From Promethearchaeota archaeon (lineage in GTDB: Archaea > Asgardarchaeota > Heimdallarchaeia > Hodarchaeales > Hodarchaeaceae), in the NCBI GenBank assembly GCA_048938105.1, contig JBHLMN010000005.1:151318-215317 (forward strand): a stretch of DNA of 64,000 bases, in the 5' to 3' direction. Positions 9,322-18,800 of this stretch are shown piece by piece; position 1 is the first letter of the stretch; every line of letters starts with the position of its first letter. The notes under the pieces are model-generated. The model was not told where the DNA came from and searched no databases. It worked only from the letters and a program-made list of their open reading frames with translations. The position numbers and the translations under genes are program-made.

Positions 9322-11334
9322 GTGTTTATTTTTAACTGGTGTATGGGAAGAATGCTTATAAATAGAACAGAAATAAAATTCATACTATCCATTTTTATCA
9401 CTTGTTTTATTATTGGAAATTTAGCAATTATGCTATTTTTTGAAACATCAGGTAGCTTGGTGACAAAAAAACCAAGTAAAACCACAAATCAAGATAGCTG
9501 TGATGAGAATCTTGATATCGAATCATCAGGAGTAATTTTTGAGAAAGCAGAGGTTTTTTCAGATGGATTTTTAACCAATGTAACTCTCAATGAAAACAAA
9601 GATCTCTCCTTAGCAGAAGAAATCTCTGAGAATTGGTGGATTGAGGTTACCCTACCTGGGCCTTCTCCTCGTGAAAAATTTGGAATGGCTTATGACCAAG
9701 AAGGTCAGAAAGCAATGTTGTTTGGGGGTGCTGATGCAGGAATAAGAGACGATGAGACATGGGTATATGATTTTCCATCCAATACATGGATTAATATGAG
9801 TCCCTCATCTCACCCGAGTGCGAGAGTCTCTGCTTCTATGTGCTATCATTCCCAAGCGAAAAAATTTGTACTATTTGGAGGTTTTGATGGAAGTAGGAAC
9901 AATGAGACTTGGATCTATGATCTCAACGCGAATAGCTGGACACTAAAGAACCCCTCACTTTCCCCAAGCCCCAGAAGCGGTCACTCAATGGTGTATGATG
10001 CCTACCATGATAAAATAGTTTTGTATGGAGGCAATACTGGGTTATATAATGGCGAAACCTGGGTGTATGATTTAGATACAAATACTTGGAAAGAGAATAA
10101 GCCAGAATTTTCTCCAGCAGGAAGAGAAAGTTCTCCTTTAGTTTATGATAAAAGTAATAAGAAAATATTCCTTTTTGGGGGTTGGACTGGGAGTACAAAC
10201 AGTGAGACTTGGATGTATGATTTAACTACTAATAATTGGACACAATTAAACTCAATAATTGAGCCAAGTGCAAGATTTGCACATAGCTTAACTTACAATT
10301 CGGTCAACAATGCGATTATATTATTTGCTGGGCGAAATGGAACAGCTGCTTTTGATGACACTTGGGTTTATACTTTTAGTGAAAACACATGGACTCCTGT
10401 ATTTCCTAGGAGTAGACCTCTAAAGAGAAGTGGTCATACACTACTATATGATGAGCAATCGAATAAAGCGATCCTATTTGGAGGATCTGCTTCGATTGGT
10501 GTCCCTCTTCTTGGAGACACATGGATTTACCCAGTTAACAAATTTTTTCGATATGGTCAGTTTTCCTCAAAATTAACTTTTTTTGGGGGAATTTATAACG
10601 TCACAGGCAACTTAATATGGAAAATGAAAGAGCAGCCTAAAAATACAACTTGCAGATTTCGGTGTGGTTTATCAAATACCACTAAAGAAGAAGATTTCAT
10701 GTACTCTAAGATTTTTACAGAGCCCTTTTCTATTAAAGGCTTGGGTCGATATTTGAGATATCAAGTCTTTTTTGAATCAGATATCTATCAAATCTGGTCT
10801 CCTCAGCTAGAAAGTGTTTCACTCTATTATGTAGCAGAAAAACCAAAACCTTCAGTAACTATAACACAACCACAAAACAATAGTGTGGTCACAAATATAG
10901 TCTACATCACCGCATCTTCGGAATCTCCTAATGGAATTGAAAAGGTTGGCTTCTATATTGATGGTTTCTTATTAAGTTGGGATTATATTCCACCGTATAG
11001 CTGTGTATGGAATAGTAATCATTCAGAGAACGGGTACATAAATGTCATGGCTGTTTCTTACACTAATCTGGGACGACAAAACGCTGATGTGATTCAGATT
11101 TGTGTTAATAACAGCTTACAAGAGAAAGAAACTATTTTATCAACCCAAAGTTCTAAGTCTATAATCACAAAAACAACAACAAAAGCTTCTATTACCACTA
11201 CTGAAACAACAACGAAAACAGTAACGGAATCAGCAGGAACATTTGCAGAATTATTTTTGATTGTACTTGCTATAAGCGCTTTAACGTTCTTTATGAGAAG
11301 AAGTTTTAGATCCAAAAATTCTCGTCCTTTATAA
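9322..11334 (+). CDS. Membrane-anchored Kelch beta-propeller protein with Ig-like domain and Thr-rich stalk
   Basis: Six repeats PS.R..H.M.YD.....LFGG......ETW.YD; Ig-like PSVTITQP..GIEKVGFYIDG; TTTETTT linker; C-terminal TM + basic tail. True start may be 9352. Confidence 0.85.
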   Translation: MFIFNWCMGRMLINRTEIKFILSIFITCFIIGNLAIMLFFETSGSLVTKKPSKTTNQDSCDENLDIESSGVIFEKAEVFSDGFLTNVTLNENKDLSLAEEISENWWIEVTLPGPSPREKFGMAYDQEGQKAMLFGGADAGIRDDETWVYDFPSNTWINMSPSSHPSARVSASMCYHSQAKKFVLFGGFDGSRNNETWIYDLNANSWTLKNPSLSPSPRSGHSMVYDAYHDKIVLYGGNTGLYNGETWVYDLDTNTWKENKPEFSPAGRESSPLVYDKSNKKIFLFGGWTGSTNSETWMYDLTTNNWTQLNSIIEPSARFAHSLTYNSVNNAIILFAGRNGTAAFDDTWVYTFSENTWTPVFPRSRPLKRSGHTLLYDEQSNKAILFGGSASIGVPLLGDTWIYPVNKFFRYGQFSSKLTFFGGIYNVTGNLIWKMKEQPKNTTCRFRCGLSNTTKEEDFMYSKIFTEPFSIKGLGRYLRYQVFFESDIYQIWSPQLESVSLYYVAEKPKPSVTITQPQNNSVVTNIVYITASSESPNGIEKVGFYIDGFLLSWDYIPPYSCVWNSNHSENGYINVMAVSYTNLGRQNADVIQICVNNSLQEKETILSTQSSKSIITKTTTKASITTTETTTKTVTESAGTFAELFLIVLAISALTFFMRRSFRSKNSRPL

Positions 11335-11357
11335 AGCAACTCCGTTAATGGATTTAA

Positions 11358-11576
11358 AAAGCACTTGAAGTACTCCTTAAGAATCAAATATCATTTATTA
11401 TTGCGTACAGGCTTTCAACAATTTCAGATACTTATCGAATCATTGTAATGGAAAAAGGGCAGATTATCGAAGAGGGAACCCATGAGTCCTTGCTTGCTGA
11501 GGGAGGAATGTATAGCCAACTGTATAAGCAATATTATGAACATCAAAGTCTGGACTGGAAATCCATTTCCCTTTAA
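11358..11576 (+). pseudogene. Startless duplicate of the last ~70 codons of the upstream ABC gene
   Basis: Translates KALEVLLKNQISFIIAYRLSTISDTYRIIVMEKGQIIEEGTHESLLAEGGMYSQLYKQYYEHQSLDWKSISL*, matching 8747-8960; in-frame TAA at 11355 and no start. Confidence 0.88.
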
Positions 11577-11603
11577 TCGTTTTCAAATTGAATTGAGTAA
11601 GTA

Positions 11604-11870
11604 CTAGAATCCTTTTCCAAAAAAAGCTGTCAGATTAAAATACAGATTAACAACACTTTGATCAGTAAGTTGAATTATTATTCGATCATATACTTGCTGT
11701 TTCTCATTCAATAATTCTTGTTTGATTAATTGCCATTCTACTCCTCTTCTGCCGAATTCGTTCTCAATATATCGATATTCCGCGTCTATTCCCTCAAAAT
11801 GATCATCAACGTCAGTTATGATAATAGCATCTTCAATTGATCTTCCTTCATTAGCAGAATAAGTTACCAT
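11604..11870 (-). CDS. Small hypothetical protein
   Basis: 88 aa; GRSIEDAIII..GIDAEYRYI..YFNLTAFFGK; AGGAG upstream. Confidence 0.7.
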   Translation of the reverse strand: MVTYSANEGRSIEDAIIITDVDDHFEGIDAEYRYIENEFGRRGVEWQLIKQELLNEKQQVYDRIIIQLTDQSVVNLYFNLTAFFGKGF

Positions 11871-12072
11871 TCCGTTTGTTCTCCTGATATGTCTCGATAT
11901 AGTTGAGAATCAAAAGAAGCAATATCTTAAATAAAAAGTTTAATAAAATTACAATTCAGAAAACAGCACAATCATTGTGTATTTTTCGAAGTATCCTAGA
12001 ATCAATGTAAATAATGTAGTTTATGAGTTTCAATTTATCAGTACTTGCTAGTTGACAATCTAAGAAGGAAAA

Positions 12073-13455
12073 TTGAACATGGTTAACAAACAGAAGCTTG
12101 TTTCTATCAGTTCCTTTTTAACAATTACTTATTTAGCATTCTTTGGGTTTATATTTTTCTCTTCTAATTCTTTAGGATCTGAGTTAATAAGTGATAACCC
12201 CAATTTGTTTATAAGTGAAGAATATACGGATAATGTTCCAGATGGTATCCTTCTAATCGGTGCAGACAACGTTTGGAATCGAACAGCTGGTTCCCCAGAG
12301 ATAATAGTTGCAGTTCTCGATACTGGACTTGATGCTACTCATTCCGATCTGGTAAATGCTCTTTGGAATAACACAGATGAAATCCCAAATAATGGTATCG
12401 ATGATGATGATAATAACTACATTGATGATTGCCATGGATGGGATTTTGTACGTAATAATAATGATCCATTCAATCTCTCCATTTATGACAATTCCAAATA
12501 TAAATCTAGTTTAAAAAGACATGGGACGCATGTTACCGGTACAATTGCAGCTCGTTTGAATAATTTTGGAGTGGTTGGAGTTGCTCCTAATGTTTCGATC
12601 ATGACTCTAAGAGTCGTGAATGAAAGCGACTGGAACCCTGATATCCTCGTCGCTGAAGCTATTCGCTATGCTACCAATAATGGCGCTCAAATTATTTCTA
12701 TGAGTATTGGTATTTATAATGAAGAGATTACCAATTCAACTTCTTACCAACTCGTTGAGGATGCGTTACAATATGCTTTTTCAATGGGCGTACACATTGT
12801 GGCTTCAGCAGGGAATGATTATCCTGCTCCTGTTATTCGACCTGCAAATAATGACTATGTAATAGCTGTTGGAGCAATTGATTCTATGAAAAAAATTGCA
12901 TCCTTTTCGTGTCAAGGTCCGGAAGTTGAAGTTGTCGCTCCAGGTGTTAATGTTTATTCTACAGTCCCTGGTGACAATTTTGGCTCTTCATCGGGTACTT
13001 CGATGGCGGTACCTCATGTATCAGGAGCTTTGGCGCTTATGATTAGCTATGATCCCAGTTTGACTAATACTGAAGCCCGTATGATTTTACAACAAACAGC
13101 GGAAGATCTGGGTACATCTGGTCGAGATGATGTGTATGGATTTGGATTGATCAATCTTACTCGTGCTATAGAAACCATTGCTGCAATGAAGTATACTTCA
13201 ACATCAACTGAGTCTACAACTTTATCCTCAACAAATTCGGAAACCACACCCATTTTTTCATCTACTTCGGCTACAATTCCCTCATCGACAACAACTTTAG
13301 AAACAAAAACCATGTATAATTCATCTTCAAAAACCACAAATTCTTCTCAAATAAATTCAAAAACAACAGCCATAGATGGCTTTTTATTCTATTTGTTTGT
13401 CCTCCTCGTCCTTCCTCTCACTAGGTTGTATCAACATAGAAGAGAAAGAAACTAA
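12073..13455 (+). CDS. S8 subtilisin-like serine protease, membrane-anchored
   Basis: Triad VLDTG / HGTHVTG / GTSMA, oxyanion SAGN, DDDDNNYIDDCHGWDF insert; Ser/Thr stalk, DGF + TM + RRER. Confidence 0.93.
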   Translation: MNMVNKQKLVSISSFLTITYLAFFGFIFFSSNSLGSELISDNPNLFISEEYTDNVPDGILLIGADNVWNRTAGSPEIIVAVLDTGLDATHSDLVNALWNNTDEIPNNGIDDDDNNYIDDCHGWDFVRNNNDPFNLSIYDNSKYKSSLKRHGTHVTGTIAARLNNFGVVGVAPNVSIMTLRVVNESDWNPDILVAEAIRYATNNGAQIISMSIGIYNEEITNSTSYQLVEDALQYAFSMGVHIVASAGNDYPAPVIRPANNDYVIAVGAIDSMKKIASFSCQGPEVEVVAPGVNVYSTVPGDNFGSSSGTSMAVPHVSGALALMISYDPSLTNTEARMILQQTAEDLGTSGRDDVYGFGLINLTRAIETIAAMKYTSTSTESTTLSSTNSETTPIFSSTSATIPSSTTTLETKTMYNSSSKTTNSSQINSKTTAIDGFLFYLFVLLVLPLTRLYQHRRERN

Positions 13456-13570
13456 CTTATAACTAGAGTTTAAAGCTAATATCAAACAAATTGATCACCA
13501 ATTAAATTAATTTTGCGATAGTGCTCCAACTGCTTGAGATTATAAGGTGTGACGAGATTAATTGCCTCTT

Positions 13571-14473
13571 TTAGGAAAGTACAATACCATACACTGCTGA
13601 TTTAGGTACTTCATTACTAGGAAGGGGACCATGACCAGCAGCGGCTTTTGAAAGAAGTTTATTCCATCGGTTCCAGTTTGTATTAAAGGTTATTGCATGA
13701 CTTGGGCAGTGAGAGACACAGGAGCCACAATGAATACAGCTTGGACTTCCTTTCGGAATGGTTGGTCTTTTATCAATCATTTCAATCCTTTGAACAGGAC
13801 ATATATTAGAACACTTACTACAATGGATACATTTCTCGAGATTAATCACTTGTTTGGGGTACAGGTAATTCTGCCAAAGTTTTTCCCGAAAAATTGTTTT
13901 TGCTTTAATTCGAACCTTTAGTTTCTGATAACAGAATTCCTTGGAAGCATCCGTAAAGCCCTCACCATTCAGAAGCTTGTGTGATAATTCTTCGATTAAA
14001 GGATCAATTTCTTTTCCAGGCATACCCTCATTTACCTTGACCGAAATCTGTGGTAATTTTGTTAGAGAGTGCTGAGAATTGATTTTCATGCCAGCGATGG
14101 GGATCCGACCAGTTTTTTTCAAAAGATGGCCTGCCTCTTGGAGAGCAACCCCAGAATTTATTCCCCCATAAGTGATGAATGGGATAGCCAATCGCCCCCA
14201 CCCATCACCCGGTGGAGGTAGGGATTTAATGAGATCTTGGACATTGTAATGTAGGTGATGGGCATAAACAGGAGATCCGATACAAAGAACATCATGTTCT
14301 TCAATATGTTGCTTCAAATATTGGCCAAATGTTCTATATCTAAAAACTTCTTTGGTTCGTGTTATATCAACGATTTGGACGAGAATATTATTCTCTAAAA
14401 GATGGCTTTCTAGCATCTTTGCAACTTTCAAAGTATTTCCAGAAGGACTGAATACAATAATAGCAATTTTCAT
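13571..14473 (-). CDS. EFR1-family flavodoxin-ferredoxin fusion protein
   Basis: MKIAIIVFSPSGNT; CIHCSKCSNICP and CIHCGSCVSHCP 4Fe-4S motifs. Start moved from 14608 to ATG 14473 because operators and a TATA box lie in the extension. Confidence 0.85.
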   Translation of the reverse strand: MKIAIIVFSPSGNTLKVAKMLESHLLENNILVQIVDITRTKEVFRYRTFGQYLKQHIEEHDVLCIGSPVYAHHLHYNVQDLIKSLPPPGDGWGRLAIPFITYGGINSGVALQEAGHLLKKTGRIPIAGMKINSQHSLTKLPQISVKVNEGMPGKEIDPLIEELSHKLLNGEGFTDASKEFCYQKLKVRIKAKTIFREKLWQNYLYPKQVINLEKCIHCSKCSNICPVQRIEMIDKRPTIPKGSPSCIHCGSCVSHCPSHAITFNTNWNRWNKLLSKAAAGHGPLPSNEVPKSAVYGIVLS

Positions 14474-14491
14474 GCGCAATTTAACCACTTC

Positions 14492-14545
14492 AATAGCGAA
14501 CACATGTTCACTATTATATTTATTAGCGAGCGGTTGTTCGTTATT
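14492..14545. promoter_or_regulatory. Two palindromic operators AATARCGAAC-N4-GTTCGYTATT upstream of the EFR1 gene
   Basis: aatagcgaac-acat-gttcactatt (14492-14515) and attagcgagc-ggtt-gttcgttatt (14522-14545), next to a TATA-like tract. Confidence 0.75.
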
Positions 14546-14659
14546 GATATATATAAATATAGTTATGAAGGCAAAACATGTTAGAAAATTAGCTATATTC
14601 TTATTCAAAAAGACAAGTTAAGGATAAGACAAAAAATAAGTGACATAGCTTGAAACTAT

Positions 14660-15265
14660 TCACTTAAAAAATTGAGCCATGCCATGTACATGGTATTTCA
14701 TTAATGCTTCAATGTTATCGTCCACCCATTTGTCATTAATATAGTGTCTAGAGATTTCTAATAATCCTTCTAGCAAATTTCTCGCCAAAATATGGAAGAT
14801 GAAAGTATCTGACACATTCTTAGTCGTTGTGTTATCAATTGTTTGTAAATGCTCAGCAAAATGCTTCTCCATTATTATTACCAATTCTTCCTGGAAATTT
14901 TCGTATTTTGTTCCTTGGCTACCCTCCATAATTAGAAGAAATTCTTTCCGGTGATTCTTTAATAAATCTTTGATTGGTCGTGCAATCAAATTACTAACTT
15001 GCTCAAAAAAGAATTCTCTTCCAATTTCTCTTTCAGTGTGTACAAGATCATTTGTTAAATCTTTTATAATGTTGTAAACTTCATCAGTAATCGAGTAAAA
15101 TAATTTCTCTTTGCAGTCAAAATAATTATATAAATTACTTGTACTAGTCTGCGCATTCTGAGCAATAATCCTCATAGATGCATTTAAGAATCCTTTGGAT
15201 AGAAATTCATCTAGAGCTGCACGTTCTATTTTCTCTTTTATTTGTTTTTTTAAAATCTGAGGCAT
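14660..15265 (-). CDS. TetR/AcrR family transcriptional regulator
   Basis: KGFLNASMRIIAQNAQTSTSNLYNYFDCKEKLF. Confidence 0.92.
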   Translation of the reverse strand: MPQILKKQIKEKIERAALDEFLSKGFLNASMRIIAQNAQTSTSNLYNYFDCKEKLFYSITDEVYNIIKDLTNDLVHTEREIGREFFFEQVSNLIARPIKDLLKNHRKEFLLIMEGSQGTKYENFQEELVIIMEKHFAEHLQTIDNTTTKNVSDTFIFHILARNLLEGLLEISRHYINDKWVDDNIEALMKYHVHGMAQFFK

Positions 15266-15338
15266 TTTAAAACCAAGCCATTGAGAAAAATTCCATTGAG
15301 TCCATGAATTAAATGAATAGTGCGAAATGTATCATTTT

Positions 15339-15362
15339 AATAACGAACGTTGGTACGTTAAT
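15339..15362. promoter_or_regulatory. Third copy of the same operator, upstream of tetR (autoregulation)
   Basis: aataacgaac-gttg-gtacgttaat. Confidence 0.7.
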
Positions 15363-15820
15363 ACAATCTAATAATTGTTTTTCTTGTATCTAAGAGATAT
15401 GTCCATAGGGGATTTTAAGTCCTTTAGTGAAAATTATTATTGCAATAATCTTATTAGTATGAGGGGATGAGGAATCCATTGAATAATGGGTTTTCTAATC
15501 AAGATAAAGGTAAGAAATTTTCCGATCTTGACAGGGAAGAGGAATTTACAATTTATATTGGCCCTGTTGAAAAAATAACTCAAGAAAAGAACATTGGTGA
15601 AAATAGATAAACAAAAATGGGATTAATGATTATTTTATAGATTCGGGTAGATTCTATTCTTTGTAAATACGAGATACAATAATTCAATAATCCGAAGATA
15701 TTATTTAGTTTAATTAATATTGTTTGGATTCTAGCATAATCACTGAAAGGTAAGATAAATTCTCTAGGAGAGTTTAATAACTCTTCGGATCCGTCTCCCT
15801 TTTTTATCAAATTCTTTTGG

Positions 15821-18800
15821 TTGGTAGAGATGAGATTAAAGATTGTTCGTCTTTTCGGAATAATATTGTTATTTATTTATATGGTAACGTTATGTTCAAC
15901 AATTGTCTCAATAGAGAAATATGAAAGCGAAGAGACTTCTAATTTCTTTATTGATATACTTAGAGGGGTAGGTATTCCCCCTGCAAAAGAATACATAGGA
16001 GCTCCTATTGAACGTCTTATGTCTGAATCTGTCGATGATGATCTTCATTTTTCCAATTTTAGTATTAATTCTAAAATTGGGGGTTCTTATGCAAGAACAG
16101 ACTGGGTAGATACGCGTTGGAAATTTAGGAAGAATATTACAATAGATCACAATCAGGTACCAGCAGATCTTGAAAATTTCCCAGTGTATGTTGAGTTGTT
16201 TGATACTGATCTTCAGGAGCATGCACAAGCGAGTGGAAATGATATATTTTTCACGAATGAGAAAGGAAAAGTTTTGGATTTCGAAATTGAACAATATCTT
16301 AGAACTTATAACTCTAGTCATGCCAAATTAGTTGCTTGGGTAAGAGCAAATGTGTCAAGTTCTGCCCCTGACACAATTCTTACGATTTATTATGGTAATC
16401 CCTTATCTTCTAATCACGAAAATCCTTCTGGGGTTTGGGATAATAACTATCTTTTTGTTCTTCATATGGATCAAGACCCTTCTATTTCTGATATTCTTGA
16501 TAGCTCTCAAAATGGCTTTGATTTCGATGTAGAACCCACAAGTAATATGAATTCTGATGATCTTGTCATTGCGCAAACTGGTAAAGGAATTTCATTCGAT
16601 GGATCTGATGATTATATATTTCTGCCATACTCTGAGAATTTTATAGGGTCAGTTGATAAAATGACCTTTGAATTCTGGATAATGTTTCCAAACGGAGGTC
16701 CTGTTTCACGAGAATGGCTTGCTGCTCCAGGAACGACCTCTCATAATCCGAGATTGTCTTTTAATTACAATTTTGATTTTAGAGTAGAAGGTATTTTGAC
16801 TTCAACCTCTGAACTGACTTCTGCTTTATCATCTTTTTCAGCAAACACATGGTATTATATTACAGCCATTTGGGATGGGACAGGGGATGGACTTCATGAA
16901 ATATACATTAATGGTCTATGGGATAATGATGATAGCACCCCACTAGCAGAGCAACATATAGAATGGAATACATTTGCCATCGGTGCGGAAGATGACGAGA
17001 CGAATGGTGTTGGTGGTGATAATCCTCATAATGAGATTAATGCAGTAGTTGGAGAATTTAGATTGTCAAACAGTGTTCGAGATTCAAATTGGATTTGGAC
17101 TCAATTTAGCAATCAAAAGGATCCAAGGGATTTTTTCGCCCTTAGTTCAGAAGAAGAATCACCAACACAAGACGACTGGTTACTCCCACTCTATAAATAC
17201 AGAAAGAACATTCATATTAATTCTTCACAAATTAGTGGAACTTTAGTAAACTTCCCTATCCTTATTGATGTTATTGATTCTGACTTAAGTGATACTAGTA
17301 AAGTTCAATCAGATGGGGACGATATTGCATTTACCTCTAATGAGGGATGGATTTGGAGCGATGAGCTGATTAGCAATGGGGGGTTTGAAACAGGGAATTT
17401 CGCTGGATGGACAGTATCTGGAAATTGGGCCGTCGGGACTGATCCATCCCAAGGTGATAAAGGCCCTCAAGCAGGAAGTTATTGTGCATATGTCTCGTCT
17501 TCGGGTCAATCTACTGATTATATTCAGCAAGATATTAACATTGGGAGTTATGCTAGCTATATTGACTCTGGGAAAGCGATATCTAATGTTACTGGATGGA
17601 TGGTGGCAGCAGAAGATGGTTTTGATTATTGTAATATGGCTATTGAATATTTGGACAACATAAAAAGTGTTATCTCAACACCCGTTGACAAAGGCAATTT
17701 ACTACCAACTTCTTGGACAAAATATGGTGCTATTTCAGATTTAATACCAATTAACACCCGATATATTAGAATCCGTGCATCTTGTTGTGAAGAGGGTTGG
17801 GATGCCGGAAGCTTGGACTCTTTTAGTGTGAAAATTGGCACATATCAATCTCTTACTCGTGGTTTCCAACTAAGCCATGACATTGATTATTTTGATCAAG
17901 GAACTGGTCATCTTGTTGCTTGGGTTAATGTACCACGCTTAGCGAGTGATACCAATAACAATATAACCATATATTATGGAAATGATGTTTTAAGAAACAA
18001 CCAAGATCCTTCCAATGTTTGGAAGCAATATCATGAAGCTGTATGGCATCTTTCAGAAGAAAGTGGATCAAGCAGCTATATTGTAGATTCAACAATGAAT
18101 GGGTATGACGGAACACCATCGGGTACCCAATATCTTCAATCAGGATTGGTTGGAGGAGCAAGGGATTTTATAGCTTCAGGAGTTAATGAAATCGTTATGG
18201 ATGATGGTTCTGAATTGCTAGATGGTTGGGATGCTTTTACTATCTCTTTTTGGATATACCCCAACTTTGCCAGTGATTCAGAATGGGAAAGCGCGAGTAA
18301 TGGGGCAGTTTTCTACAAACAACAATCTGCGTGGCTTTCACGAATTTGGCGAGTTTCTGGGATGGATCCAGGTGTGGGTAAATTCCAAGTAGATTTAAAT
18401 TTCGAAAATTCAGGGACTCAATATATAAATGTAGATATTTATCGTCAATATTGGAATTGGATAGTGTATAGCTTTGATGGCCAGTACTTGCGAATTTTTG
18501 TAAATGGATCATTCATGGGATCAAATGATCTGGGGAGCGATAAGCTAGTATCCGATACAAGTCAGTTCAAGCTAGGTAATGGAGCAAGTACGTTTAAAGG
18601 GTATCTTGATGAATTTCAATTACTTAATTATGGAAAAACTGTTGACTGGGTGACAACAGAATACACGAATATCGATGACCCCACCTCATTCTATACTGTA
18701 GGGGAAGAAGAAAACAGTAGTAAGTGGTGGGCTGATACGTCATTCGGATACCGGAGAGATATTGTAATTGACCGTAATGAGATAGCTGGTGATTTGAGGA

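Noticed and set aside
14474-14608. N-terminal extension of the EFR1 ORF given in the track
   Set aside because: It overlaps two operators and a TATA tract; the flavodoxin fold begins at MKIAIIVFS
15528-15806. Hairpins and a T-run upstream of the giant gene as a riboswitch or attenuator
   Set aside because: Stems are short (6-8 bp) and expected by chance in AT-rich DNA; no recognisable aptamer
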